In this document: positions 1 to 9,511 of the stretch, piece by piece
Layout of the letters: the number at the start of each line of letters is the position of its first letter
Position numbering within the stretch: position 1 is the first letter of the stretch
Source: an uncultured Serinicoccus sp.
GTDB lineage: Bacteria; Actinomycetota; Actinomycetes; Actinomycetales; Dermatophilaceae
Direction: 5' to 3'
DNA: 64,000 nt
Assembly: GCF_947500995.1 (NCBI RefSeq)
Contig: NZ_CANMUA010000012.1
Coordinates: 1,300 to 65,299, forward strand
Made by a program: the position numbers and the translations under genes
The notes under the pieces: generated by a model
The model's database searches: none
What the model was told of the DNA's origin: nothing
What the model saw: only the letters and a program-made list of their open reading frames with translations

Positions 1-358
1 CGAGGACGACCGGTTCGCCGGGTTCGACGCCGCTGTGCTGATGGAGGTCATCGAGCACGTGGACCCCTCGAGGCTAGAGGCTGTAGAGCGGGTTGTGTGG
101 GGCGCCGCCCGGCCCGGGCTTGTCGTGGTGACGACCCCGAACAGCGAGTACAACGTCCTGTACGAAGGGCTTGTGGGGATGCGGCACCCTGACCACCGGT
201 TCGAGTGGACCCGCTCGGAGTTTGCTGAATGGTCCGAGCATGTTGCCACCGCCTACGGCTACACGGTGCAGCGGCGCGGCGTCGGAGAGGTCGACCAGAC
301 ACTTGGCGCGCCCACGCAGATGGCCGTCTTCACCCGGCAGGAGGGCCGAGATGAGTGA
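1..358 (+). CDS. hen1: RNA 3'-terminal ribose 2'-O-methyltransferase Hen1, C-terminal fragment (5' end lies outside the window)
   Basis: Frame 2 is open from base 2. The translation ...FDAAVLMEVIEHVDPSRLEAVERVVWG...TTPNSEYNVLYEGL...MRHPDHRFEWTRSEFAEWSEHVATAYGY matches the conserved C-terminal methyltransferase block of bacterial Hen1 (VIEH.., RH.DHRFEWTR.EF..W). The TGA stop at 356-358 overlaps the next gene's ATG by 8 nt. Confidence 0.85.
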   Translation, partial: EDDRFAGFDAAVLMEVIEHVDPSRLEAVERVVWGAARPGLVVVTTPNSEYNVLYEGLVGMRHPDHRFEWTRSEFAEWSEHVATAYGYTVQRRGVGEVDQTLGAPTQMAVFTRQEGRDE

Positions 359-2873
359 TGACTCGCAGGAACTCTCGATCACCGTGCCGAACATGGGTCT
401 GGTCGTGCTGATCGGCGTGTCAGGCAGTGGAAAGTCGACGTTCGCCCGGACCCACTTCAAGCCGACCGAGGTCCTCTCCAGCGACTTCTGCCGCGGCCTG
501 GTCGCCGACGACGAGAACGACCAGTCAGCCACTCCAGATGCGTTCGACGTGCTGCACTACATCGTCGGCACACGGTTGCGCCGCGGGCTGCTGACCGTGG
601 TCGACGCCACCAATGTGCAACGGGCCGCCCGGGCCTCCTTGGTCGGGCTCGCCAAGAGCCATGACGTTCTCGTGGACGCCATCGTGCTGGACGTGCCTGA
701 GTCCGTCGCGGTCGAGCGCACCACGGCACGGCCGGACCGCGACTTCGGCCGCCACGTCATCGCCCGCCAGCACCGGGACCTGCGGCGGTCCCTGGGGAAG
801 CTCAAGAAGGAAGGGTTCCGGCGGGTCCACGTGCTGGATGACACCGACCAGGTCGACGCGGCGCAGATCGTGCGTGAGCGCCCGTGGAACGACCGCACGG
901 ACGTGCACGGCCCCTTCGACATCGTCGGCGACATCCACGGGTGTGCCTCGGAGCTGCGGACCCTGCTCACCAGGCTGGGCTGGACCATCAGACTGGACGA
1001 CACCGGCGCCGCGGTCGGAGCCTCCCACCCAGAAGGCCGGCAGGCCGTCTTCGTCGGCGATCTGGTCGACCGCGGCCCGGATACTGCTGGCGTGCTACGC
1101 CTGGTGATGGGCATGGTCGCCTCCGGCGACGCCCTCTGCGTGTCCGGCAACCACGAGGCCAAGCTGCTGCGTGCCCTGCGCGGGTCGAAGGTGACCGTCT
1201 CCCACGGCCTGGCCGAATCGCTCGCCCAGCTCGAGCAGGAGCCCGAAGACTTCCGAGCACGGACGCTGAGTTTCCTCGGTGGGCTCATCAGCCACTACGT
1301 CCTCGACGAGGGGAAGCTCGTGGTCGCCCACGCCGGGCTGAAAGAGGCTTACCACGGCCGGTCCTCTGGTCGGGTCCGCGCCTTCGCGCTCTACGGCGAC
1401 ACCACCGGGGAGACCGACGAGTTCGGTCTGCCCGTGCGCTACCCCTGGGCGCAGGAGTACCGCGGCAGAGCCATGGTCGTCTACGGCCACACTCCCGTGC
1501 CGGAGGCGGAGTGGGTGAACAACACCATCTGCCTGGACACCGGCGTCGTCTTCGGCGGCTCGCTCACCGCGCTGCGTTACCCCGAGCGCCAGATCGTGTC
1601 CGTACCGGCCGAGCAGCAGTGGTACGAGCCGGTCCGACCGCTCGCACCCGCGGCCGGTGACCGCGAGCCCACGGCGCTCCGGATCGGCGACGTCGACGGC
1701 ACCCGCTGGCTCGAGACCGTTCACGCCGGCAAGATCAAGATTCCCGCAGAGAACGCCGCCGCCGCCCTAGAGGTGATGAGCCGGTTCGCCGTCGACCCGC
1801 GCTGGCTGATCTACCTGCCCCCCACCATGTCACCGGTCTCCACCTCCACGAGCGAGGAGTTCCTGGAGCACCCCGAGCAAGCGTTCGAGGAGTACGCCCG
1901 CTGGGGCGTCACGCGCGTCGTGTGCGAAGAGAAGCACATGGGCTCACGCGCCATCGCCGTCATGGCGCAGGACGCGCAGGTGGCTGAGCGGCGATTCGGC
2001 GTCAGCGACGGCACCACCGGCGCCCTCTACACCCGCACGGGACGGCCGTTCTTCGCGGACACCACCGAGCTACTCGAACGCCTCCGCCTTTCGGCCGCGC
2101 CGCTGTTCGAGTCGCTGAACACGGACTGGCTCGCTCTCGACTGCGAACTCCTCCCCTGGTCAGCCAAAGCGCTCGACCTCATCAAGACGCAGTACGCATC
2201 CGTCGGGGCGGCCGCCACCCACGCCCTGCCCGAAGCCCTCGATGTCCTTGAGCAAGCCGGAGCACGCGGCCTCGACGTCGAGGCCCTCACGCAACGGTCG
2301 GAGCGCCGCCTGGCCAACGCCACGAGGTTCCGGGAGGCGTATACCGCCTACGTACGGCCGACGCAGGGTCTGGACGGCGTGACGCTTGCTCCCTTCCAGA
2401 TCCTGGCCGCAGAGGGACGCGCCCTGGCCACGACCGAACCCCACGACTGGCACCTCGCCGAGCTGGCCAAGCTGAGCAGCGACCTCATCACCCCGACCCG
2501 CCACCAGTTCGTCGACCTCGCCTCCATCCAGGAGCGTGGAGAGGCGACCCGTTGGTGGAACGACCTGACCGCAGGCGGCGGAGAAGGAATGGTCGTGAAA
2601 CCGGCTCACCTCACTGACGCCTCGGTGCAACCTGGCATCAAGGTCCGAGGCCGCGAGTACCTGCGCATCATCTACGGACCCGACTACACCGACTCGCTCT
2701 CACTCTTGCGCGACCGGAACCTGGGGAAAAAGCGGCAGCTGGCCCGACGCGAGCACGGCCTCGGACTCGAAGCCCTCACCGCTTTCGTCGAACGGGCTCC
2801 ACTCTGGAAGGTGCACCAAGCCGTCTTCAGCGTCCTCGCGCTGGAGTCCGAGCCCGTCGATCCCAGACTGTGA
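351..2873 (+). CDS. pnkp: polynucleotide kinase-phosphatase/ligase Pnkp (RNA repair), 840 aa
   Basis: ATG at 351. Three domains are readable in order: a kinase P-loop (GVSGSGKST); calcineurin-type phosphoesterase motifs (GDIHGC, GDLVDRGPD, GNHE); and a C-terminal ligase-like domain with the lysine motif EEKHMGSRA. The gene is coupled to hen1. Confidence 0.9.
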   Translation: MSDDSQELSITVPNMGLVVLIGVSGSGKSTFARTHFKPTEVLSSDFCRGLVADDENDQSATPDAFDVLHYIVGTRLRRGLLTVVDATNVQRAARASLVGLAKSHDVLVDAIVLDVPESVAVERTTARPDRDFGRHVIARQHRDLRRSLGKLKKEGFRRVHVLDDTDQVDAAQIVRERPWNDRTDVHGPFDIVGDIHGCASELRTLLTRLGWTIRLDDTGAAVGASHPEGRQAVFVGDLVDRGPDTAGVLRLVMGMVASGDALCVSGNHEAKLLRALRGSKVTVSHGLAESLAQLEQEPEDFRARTLSFLGGLISHYVLDEGKLVVAHAGLKEAYHGRSSGRVRAFALYGDTTGETDEFGLPVRYPWAQEYRGRAMVVYGHTPVPEAEWVNNTICLDTGVVFGGSLTALRYPERQIVSVPAEQQWYEPVRPLAPAAGDREPTALRIGDVDGTRWLETVHAGKIKIPAENAAAALEVMSRFAVDPRWLIYLPPTMSPVSTSTSEEFLEHPEQAFEEYARWGVTRVVCEEKHMGSRAIAVMAQDAQVAERRFGVSDGTTGALYTRTGRPFFADTTELLERLRLSAAPLFESLNTDWLALDCELLPWSAKALDLIKTQYASVGAAATHALPEALDVLEQAGARGLDVEALTQRSERRLANATRFREAYTAYVRPTQGLDGVTLAPFQILAAEGRALATTEPHDWHLAELAKLSSDLITPTRHQFVDLASIQERGEATRWWNDLTAGGGEGMVVKPAHLTDASVQPGIKVRGREYLRIIYGPDYTDSLSLLRDRNLGKKRQLARREHGLGLEALTAFVERAPLWKVHQAVFSVLALESEPVDPRL

Positions 2874-3070
2874 GAGACGGCGACCACGAGCTGTAGCGAA
2901 CGGGCGGACCAGATGGGAAGTCGAAGAGCCTGTTGTACCGGACTCCCCCGATGGTCACGCAACAAGGCGGACTGTGCTGCCGCGTGGCGCATGTCCGCAG
3001 CCTGGCGCTGTTGGGCACGGTCGGCAGAACCATCACCCCCCCTTGGCCCACGATGCGAGGGCGGTCCATC

Positions 3071-3283
3071 ATGGACCGGGTGACGGAGCCGGAACGAGCG
3101 AGATGCTTCACGTGCGGTGAGGGCGCTTTCGAGCGCGTCGAGGATGAGTCGGCGCGTGGCGCGGTCCTCGAGGGCGGGTATCACGGGATGGTCGTCCGGC
3201 TCGAGTACCGATGCGCCACGTGCGGCGAGCACACGAGACTGATCCCTCCCGGACGAGACGAACCCTTCCCGACCCGAGGTTAG
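3071..3283 (+). CDS. small zinc-ribbon protein (hypothetical, 70 aa)
   Basis: ATG at 3071 (M47 of ORF 2933..3283). Two CxxC pairs are present (CFTCGEG ... CATCGEH). Third-position GC is moderately high. No family was recognised. Confidence 0.35.
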   Translation: MDRVTEPERARCFTCGEGAFERVEDESARGAVLEGGYHGMVVRLEYRCATCGEHTRLIPPGRDEPFPTRG

Positions 3284-3380
3284 CCTTCGTTCACCGGTCA
3301 CCCGCTCACGCGGCGTCACGACCCCGTGTGGCTGGGAGTTTCCGTCGTCTCGCAGGGTTGTCGCGTGGCACGGCTGGTGT

Positions 3381-3608
3381 ATGCCGATGGCGATGCGGCG
3401 GGAGCCCGATCAGCATGGGTCGATGGGCACCTTCGTCGCGATCCTCGGAGCCGCGGTGCTCGGTCTGCTGATCGTCAGTTCGAGCGGCCCACTGGCGGCA
3501 TTCGTGCTCGGCGGTCTCCTGCTGGTCGCAGGCCCCTTGGCGGATGCGCCAACTGCCACCGCGCAGGAGTCGACTCCACCACCCCGCTCGACGTCGAGGT
3601 CACGGTGA
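3381..3608 (+). CDS. small membrane protein (hypothetical, 75 aa)
   Basis: There are two hydrophobic helices (FVAILGAAVLGLLIV, AAFVLGGLLLVAG) and coding-like third-position GC. No homolog was recognised. Confidence 0.3.
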   Translation: MPMAMRREPDQHGSMGTFVAILGAAVLGLLIVSSSGPLAAFVLGGLLLVAGPLADAPTATAQESTPPPRSTSRSR

Positions 3609-3938
3609 GCCAGGACGAAACCCCGATCAGCGGACCCACCTCCGTTCAAGTACCCACGAAGAACGCAACCGAATGGGCCGTTATGTGATCCCACCGCATA
3701 CGTGGCCACGGTCGAACTGTCCACAGAGCCTTGAGCAGTCCCTGGCGCGCAGAGGCGCGAGCGTCTGAACGTGACGCTGGCCTACTAGGGCCCCGCCGGT
3801 CGACGCAAAGACGGCACAGTCGGGCATGACGAATGCAGGATGGCAGCTCGGCGGGCGAGAAGGCTGACTGTCACGCCGCCTACGAGGGCCTCAACTGTCT
3901 GATGGCACCAGCACAAGTTGGCGGATCCGTAGGCTTGT

Positions 3939-4343
3939 GTGATGCAGGTGCTGATCGTCGACGGGGCCAATGTCGTGGGCAGTCGCCCGGACGGGTGGTG
4001 GCGTGATCGGGCGGGCGCGGCCCGGAGGCTTCATGGTGCTCTCACGGCCGCGGACCTGAGCGGCTGGGACGAGGTCGTGTTGGTCCTCGAGGGTGATGCG
4101 AGGCGAGGCTGGCGTCCCGGCCAGCACGGACGCCTACGAACGGTTCACGCCGCGCAGGCGGGCGACGACGCGATCGTTGAGGAAGTCAAGAACGAGCACG
4201 CCACCGGTAACGGACGCGGAGTCACCGTGGTGACCGCCGACCGGGCGCTGCGCGAACGGGTCCAGGCCGCCGGTGCCAGCGTGAAGGGTCCGCGGTGGCT
4301 TCTCGATCGATCGTCACCGAGCGGCCGGCAGGACGTCTCCTAG
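3939..4343 (+). CDS. NYN/YacP-like (PIN-fold) predicted RNA-binding/RNase protein
   Basis: The N-terminus MQVLIVDGANVVGSRPDGWW and the later VTVVTADRALRERV are typical of YacP/NYN-domain proteins. The start is GTG 3939 or ATG 3942. Confidence 0.6.
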   Translation: MMQVLIVDGANVVGSRPDGWWRDRAGAARRLHGALTAADLSGWDEVVLVLEGDARRGWRPGQHGRLRTVHAAQAGDDAIVEEVKNEHATGNGRGVTVVTADRALRERVQAAGASVKGPRWLLDRSSPSGRQDVS

Positions 4344-4396
4344 GACGTCGCTGGGAGCAGAGGAACCGAAGGCACGCCTCTCGCCAGCGCGGTCCG

Positions 4397-4624
4397 TCAA
4401 GCCGGGTGACGGCCTCGCGTTGCCATGAGATGAGCGACTTCTTCGAGGTCCTCCCGGTGCACGCCGGGAAGGACAAGATGCTCCCCCTGCGTCAGTCGCA
4501 GCCGGACGATCTGGTCATGACGGCTGTGCACCTGCACACCCTCGATCTGAGCCCACGTCACATGCTTCGCTCGAAAGCCGTCGTAGGCGCGGACACCACG
4601 GTGCTCTTGTATGTCGATCGCCAC
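4397..4624 (-). CDS. small hypothetical protein, possibly bacterial PH-domain-like
   Basis: This is a 75-aa ORF with beta-rich periodicity (VTWAQIEGVQVHSRHDQIVRLRLTQGEHLVLPGV). The assignment is weak. Confidence 0.3.
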   Translation of the reverse strand: MAIDIQEHRGVRAYDGFRAKHVTWAQIEGVQVHSRHDQIVRLRLTQGEHLVLPGVHREDLEEVAHLMATRGRHPA

Positions 4625-4705
4625 GCGCCGAAAGAAGACGAACGCCTTGGACAGGAAGACGACTGGAGAACAGCACGAGTCACAGCCGCTCAGGTCCTAC
4701 GGGCG

Positions 4706-6916
4706 TCACGGCACGACCCGCACCGGAGAGACGCGCTGGTCGAAGGTGCCGTCGCCGATCTGGCCGTACGAGTTGTCGCCCCAGCACCGAACCTGTCCCT
4801 CGGTAGTGACCGCGCAGGCGTGCGCATACCCGGTGGCGACCCGGACCGTGGTCCCCCGGCCGAGACCGTCGACCGGACCCGGCGTGGGGCGGGAAGCACC
4901 GCTGCTACCGGTCCCGAGGGTGCCGTCGGAGTTCGCGCCCCAGCACACGGTGGCCGACAGGGAGGACAGCGCGCAGTTGAAGCCCGAGCCGCTGGCGTCG
5001 ACCGCGATCGTGCTGCCCGCGCCCAGGGTGGCGACCTCCACCGGCACCAGCGACCAGTACTGCCCGCCGCCCTCATGGGGATAACCCAGCTCACCCTGGG
5101 CGTTGTCGCCCCAGCACCGGACGGCGCCCCCGGCCGTGACCGCGCAGCCACCGTGGACGCCAACGGAGACCTGGGCCGTGGTGCCGGTCCCCAGACCGCT
5201 GACCTGGCTGGGACGGTTGCGCTCGACCTGGGTGCCGTCCCCGAGCGCGCCGACGACGTTGGCGCCCCAGCACTGGGCAGCACCGTCGGTGCGGGTGGCG
5301 CAGGTGCTGAGGTGGTTGGCGTCGACCTGCCGGGTGGTGCCCGGCCCGAGCCCCGAGACCAGAGAAGGCATGATCGTGGAGCCGCCCTTCTCCATACCGA
5401 TTCCCAGCTGGCTGGAGGAGTTCGAGCCCCAGCACCGCGTGGCCCCGGTGATGGTGACCGCGCACGCATGCTTCCGCCCCGTCGTGAGCTGCACGGTCGT
5501 GCCCGCCCCGAGCCGGGGGATGTCGACCGGCACCGTGGAATGCGACCCGTAGGGGCCCCCGAGCGTCCCGTCGTGATTGGACCCCCAGCACCGCACGGCA
5601 CCGTCGGTCGTCAGGCCGCACCCGAAGGCACCGCCCAGGGCGACGGAACGAGCGCTGCCGGGTCCGAGCCCCGTCACGGACACCGGGGTGGCGCTGTCGG
5701 TCGTGGTGCCGTCCCCGAGGGCGCCCGAGCTGTTGGACCCCCAGCAGCGCACGGCTCCAGCTGCGGTCACCGCGCACGACTGTCCGCCGCTCGCCGCCAC
5801 CTGGGTGCTCACCGGCTCCTGCCCTGGCCGCGCGGCCGCCGAGGCGGCTTGCAGCGTGTCGTCGCACACGGCTGAGGGGCCACCGAGTGCCAGCACGCGG
5901 TCCGGGGTCACCAGGGACAGATACGTAGCGACGCTGGCGGGAAGCGCGCCACAACGCCGGTTGACCAGCAGCACCGGGCCGTCTGTCAGGACGCCAGCGG
6001 CAACCGCGTCGGCCAGCGTGTCGCCGCGGGCGAGGTATACCGTCGACGGCGCCTCAGGGAAGGCGCGACCGGCGATCGTCGCCGCAGTCTCGTAGCGGTT
6101 CCTCCCGTGCACGCGGTCAGGACGCTGGTCGGCGTAGGGCAGCTGCTCCAGGGTGGCGTCGGCGACGACCGTCGAGCCGCCGAGACCGACCGCCGTGTTG
6201 GGCAGAACCCGGGAGAGCTCGATCAAGACGGATCTCGGGAAGGACCCGTCGGGACGGACCAGCAGGACCGGACCGTCGGTCAGCGATCCTGCCGCCACCG
6301 CGTCGGCGTAGGCGGTGCCGCTGGCGATGTAGACAGGCTCTTCGGTGAAGACCGGCTCCTCGGTGTGCGCCGGGTAGGCACGCTCGCTGATGAAGGCCGC
6401 GGTGTCGTAGCGGCCCTCACCCGCTATCCGGTCGGTGCTCCGTCCGGCAGCTGCGGCGCGCAGCGTCTTCTCGCACACGGCACCGACCCCGCCCAGCGCG
6501 ATCACCTGCCGGGGTGCGAGCCGGGAGATCTCCCTCTTCACGGCGCTGGGCACGGCACCGCAGGGGCGGACGAGCAGGATGGGCCCGTCGGTCAGCATGC
6601 CCCCCGCCACCGCGTCCGCGAACTCATCACCCCGGGCGAGGTAGACCACCTCGGCACCCTTCGGGAAGGCGCGCCGGGAGATGGCGGCCGAGGTGGCGTA
6701 ACGGTCCGAACCACCCACCCTGCCGGTGGACGCGGACGCCGCCGCGACATCGGTGACTGCCGCTGACGCAGGACCGGCGATGGAGTGATCGCCCTGGACG
6801 CCTCTCTGGCCCCGGTCCAGCGCCTGCACCGGCGACAACCCCGTCAGCAGGAGAAGCACGAGCGTCACGACGGTCACCCCCCACCTGGCCATCGGCCGTG
6901 TCACCTTCGCCGCCAT
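4706..6916 (-). CDS. secreted cell-wall-binding (3x CWB2) protein with a 7-bladed RCC1-like beta-propeller, 736 aa
   Basis: ATG at 6916 is preceded by GGGGGAGGA. The signal peptide is MAAKVTRPMARWGVTVVTLVLLLLTGLSPVQA. Three CWB2-type repeats are present (DRYATSAAIS..VYLARGDEFADAVAGG.LTDGPILLVRP). Seven RCC1 blades follow, each with (V/A)RCWG.N..G.LG.G. Confidence 0.85.
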   Translation of the reverse strand: MAAKVTRPMARWGVTVVTLVLLLLTGLSPVQALDRGQRGVQGDHSIAGPASAAVTDVAAASASTGRVGGSDRYATSAAISRRAFPKGAEVVYLARGDEFADAVAGGMLTDGPILLVRPCGAVPSAVKREISRLAPRQVIALGGVGAVCEKTLRAAAAGRSTDRIAGEGRYDTAAFISERAYPAHTEEPVFTEEPVYIASGTAYADAVAAGSLTDGPVLLVRPDGSFPRSVLIELSRVLPNTAVGLGGSTVVADATLEQLPYADQRPDRVHGRNRYETAATIAGRAFPEAPSTVYLARGDTLADAVAAGVLTDGPVLLVNRRCGALPASVATYLSLVTPDRVLALGGPSAVCDDTLQAASAAARPGQEPVSTQVAASGGQSCAVTAAGAVRCWGSNSSGALGDGTTTDSATPVSVTGLGPGSARSVALGGAFGCGLTTDGAVRCWGSNHDGTLGGPYGSHSTVPVDIPRLGAGTTVQLTTGRKHACAVTITGATRCWGSNSSSQLGIGMEKGGSTIMPSLVSGLGPGTTRQVDANHLSTCATRTDGAAQCWGANVVGALGDGTQVERNRPSQVSGLGTGTTAQVSVGVHGGCAVTAGGAVRCWGDNAQGELGYPHEGGGQYWSLVPVEVATLGAGSTIAVDASGSGFNCALSSLSATVCWGANSDGTLGTGSSGASRPTPGPVDGLGRGTTVRVATGYAHACAVTTEGQVRCWGDNSYGQIGDGTFDQRVSPVRVVP

Positions 6917-7064
6917 GTCGTCCTCCCCCACCGTTGGGCGTGCTGATCTGTGCTGAAGATAGGGCATACCGCGCATTCCTGCCGGATGCGCACCACCCGC
7001 TGGCCACCAACGGGGGGACCAAACACCTTGGGCAACACACGGATGCTCGCCCCGGGCTCGGGGT

Positions 7065-7988
7065 GTGAGGCATGAACTCGGCCACCAACAACGACAGCCG
7101 GCGAAGATCAGTCCGCTCCTTCGCTGCCCTGTTCGGGCGGGCGGCGCTGCCAGACCGGGGTGTGGCTACGGTGACGCCGTGGAAGTCTTCCGTCCGGCGC
7201 GCCCGACCGGCACGGGCGTGCTCGTGCTGGCCGGCTCGAGTGGCCGCGTCGATACCCAACGCGCCAAGCTCCTGGCGAACCATGGAGCCCTCGCACTCCC
7301 CATGCAGTGGTTCGGGGGACCTGACCAACCACCCGGCCCGTGGCAGGTCCCTGTCGAGACCTTCACCTCAGCCTTGGACCTCCTGGCCGAAGAAGCCGAT
7401 TTCCTCGCGATCGTCGGGGTCTCCTTCGGGGCCGAGGCGGCGCTCGTCACCGCATCCCTCGACCCGCGTGTGGGAGCCGTCGCCGCCTTCGCGCCCTCGC
7501 ACGTGACCTGGCCCGCCTACGACCCAGCGCAGCAACAGTGGGTCTCCCACTGGAGCTGGCAGGGCCGCCCCCTGCCCTTCGTCCCCATCCCAGGACCCTC
7601 CACCCGCACACCGGACCACGGTCCGCCGAGCTACCTGCCGCTGTACCGAGCGTCGATCGAGGCTGCCACCGCCGAAACGCTCGCACAGGCCACCATCCGC
7701 GTCGAGGACATCCCGGACGTGCTGGTGGTCAGCGGCGGCGACGACCAGGTCTGGCCCTCCGCCGACTTCGCCCGCGCCATCACGAGTCGGCGAACGTCGC
7801 ACCGCCTCGACACCTGCCATGTGCACCTGCCCGAGGCTGGGCACCGCACCATCCTTCCAGGGGAGGACGCACCGGTCGGCGGACGACGTATGGCGCGCGG
7901 CGGGACCCCCGATGCCGATCGCACGCTCGGCGCGATGGCCTGGCCCCACCTCCTGACAACCCTTCGACTGCCCAGCCACGCGGCGTAG
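7065..7988 (+). CDS. alpha/beta hydrolase, BAAT/acyl-CoA thioesterase C-terminal-like
   Basis: It has a nucleophile elbow (GVSFGAEAA), then VVSGGDDQVWPS and LPEAGH, consistent with a Ser/Asp/His hydrolase of the BAAT_C/dienelactone hydrolase type. The true start is probably downstream of 7065. Confidence 0.65.
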   Translation: MRHELGHQQRQPAKISPLLRCPVRAGGAARPGCGYGDAVEVFRPARPTGTGVLVLAGSSGRVDTQRAKLLANHGALALPMQWFGGPDQPPGPWQVPVETFTSALDLLAEEADFLAIVGVSFGAEAALVTASLDPRVGAVAAFAPSHVTWPAYDPAQQQWVSHWSWQGRPLPFVPIPGPSTRTPDHGPPSYLPLYRASIEAATAETLAQATIRVEDIPDVLVVSGGDDQVWPSADFARAITSRRTSHRLDTCHVHLPEAGHRTILPGEDAPVGGRRMARGGTPDADRTLGAMAWPHLLTTLRLPSHAA

Positions 7989-8113
7989 GCCACCCATCCG
8001 GGCGAGGGACAGGACCTCGTACACGCGAGCGGGTCGACCGGAGGGACGGTCTGGCGCCCGACCCACCCGCGCCCGCCTTTGGGAATATCGCGGAGGACAT
8101 CCCTCTTGCTCCC

Positions 8114-9367
8114 GTGGTGAGATCAGCCCCCGTCGCCGCGCCCCCCGCCCCTTCCCGGCCCAGCACCGAACCCTCCCCGCTGGGCCGGTTGCTGCTGTTC
8201 GGGGCGCTCGTCGCGATCGGGCCGCTGACGATCGACATGTACCTCGCCGCCTTCCCGGCCGTCGTGGACGACCTGTCCACCACCGAGGCCACGGTCCAGC
8301 TGACGCTGACAGCAACCCTGGTCGGGCTCGCCACCGGCCAGCTGCTCATCGGAGCCTTGTCGGACTCCTTCGGCCGGCGCCGACCGCTGATCGCGTCGCT
8401 GAGCCTCTACGTCGTCGTGTCGGCGGCCATCGCGATCTCCTCCTCCATCGAGGTGCTGCTGCTGCTGCGCTTCGTGCAGGGCTTGACCGGCGCGGCCGGG
8501 ATGGTGCTGTCCCAGGCCATGGTCCGCGACCTCTACAGCGGCTCCCGCATGGCGACCTTCATCTCCCGGCTCTTCCTGGTGGTCGGCGTGGCCCCCATCC
8601 TGGCGCCCACGCTGGGCGCCCAGTTCCTGATCTTCGGCAGCTGGCGGACCATCTTCTGGGCGCTGGGAGCCTTCGGGCTGCTGCTCGCGCTGCTGGCGCT
8701 GGTCTTCGTCAAGGAGACCCTGCCGCCCGAGCGACGCCGTCACTTCGGTCCGCGGACCCTCTGGGCGAGCTACCGGGTGCTGCTCTCGGACCGACGCTAC
8801 GTCGGCCTGGTCCTGACGGCATGCACCGCGATGGGCTGCCTGTTCGCCTACATCTCCAGCGCGACCTTCGTCTTCCAGGGGCTGTACGGGATGAGCACCC
8901 AGCAGTATGCCTTCGTCTTCGCCGCGGGCGCCGGAGCGCTGACCGTCACCAGCCAGATCAACGGGTCCCTGGTGCGCACGGTGCACCCGGCCTCGGTGCT
9001 GCGGGTGGCGCTGCCCTCCATGCTGGGCATCGCCCTGGCCCTGCTCACCGCCGCACTGGTGGACCTGAGCGTGTGGGCCATCGTCGGAGGCATCGTCCTG
9101 CTCATGGGCTCGGTGGGATTCGTCATGCCGAACAGCCCGAGCATCGCGCTGGCCGACCACGGCGAGCGGGCCGGAGCGGCTGCCGCCCTGCTCGGGGCGA
9201 CCAACTTCGTCTTCGGCGCGCTCATCTCACCGGTCACCGGGCTCTTCGGGGTCGACTCGGCGGTGCCGATGGCGGCCATCATGGTCGTCTGCGCCGCGGC
9301 GTCGCTGTTCTTCTACACCGTCCTGGCCCGCCCGCAGGACATCCTGCGGGACATGCCCTGGGAGTGA
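8114..9367 (+). CDS. MFS drug-efflux transporter, Bcr/CflA family, 417 aa
   Basis: LLLFGALVAIGPLTIDMYLAAFPAVVDDL...GQLLIGALSDSFGRRRPL is the Bcr/CflA N-terminal signature, and the protein has 12 hydrophobic segments. GTG 8114 was chosen because the upstream 258 codons of ORF 7340.. are Arg/Pro-rich junk. Confidence 0.85.
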   Translation: MVRSAPVAAPPAPSRPSTEPSPLGRLLLFGALVAIGPLTIDMYLAAFPAVVDDLSTTEATVQLTLTATLVGLATGQLLIGALSDSFGRRRPLIASLSLYVVVSAAIAISSSIEVLLLLRFVQGLTGAAGMVLSQAMVRDLYSGSRMATFISRLFLVVGVAPILAPTLGAQFLIFGSWRTIFWALGAFGLLLALLALVFVKETLPPERRRHFGPRTLWASYRVLLSDRRYVGLVLTACTAMGCLFAYISSATFVFQGLYGMSTQQYAFVFAAGAGALTVTSQINGSLVRTVHPASVLRVALPSMLGIALALLTAALVDLSVWAIVGGIVLLMGSVGFVMPNSPSIALADHGERAGAAAALLGATNFVFGALISPVTGLFGVDSAVPMAAIMVVCAAASLFFYTVLARPQDILRDMPWE

Positions 9368-9511
9368 CCCCCGCCCCATACCCCAGCGCCAGCAGCGCGA
9401 TGGCGGCGCTCTCCATCCGCTGGAACCACACCGGCAAGGTCACGGTCCCAGTATCCATCTCTGGATCTCCGGTCCGATCCGCCGCGGCAGCTGCAGGACG
9501 GTGCGCAGCCG

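Noticed and set aside
2684-3319. A 211-aa minus-strand ORF overlapping the pnkp 3' end and the zinc-ribbon ORF.
   Set aside because: It overlaps the well-supported pnkp gene by about 190 nt. The translation is Arg/Ser-rich without motifs, so I preferred the plus-strand CxxC...CxxC ORF, though only weakly.
7340-8113. An N-terminal 258-codon extension of the MFS transporter ORF.
   Set aside because: The extension overlaps the hydrolase gene in another frame and is Arg/Pro/Gly-rich. Bcr/CflA homologues begin close to the LLLFGALVAIGPL segment, so I called GTG 8114 as the start.
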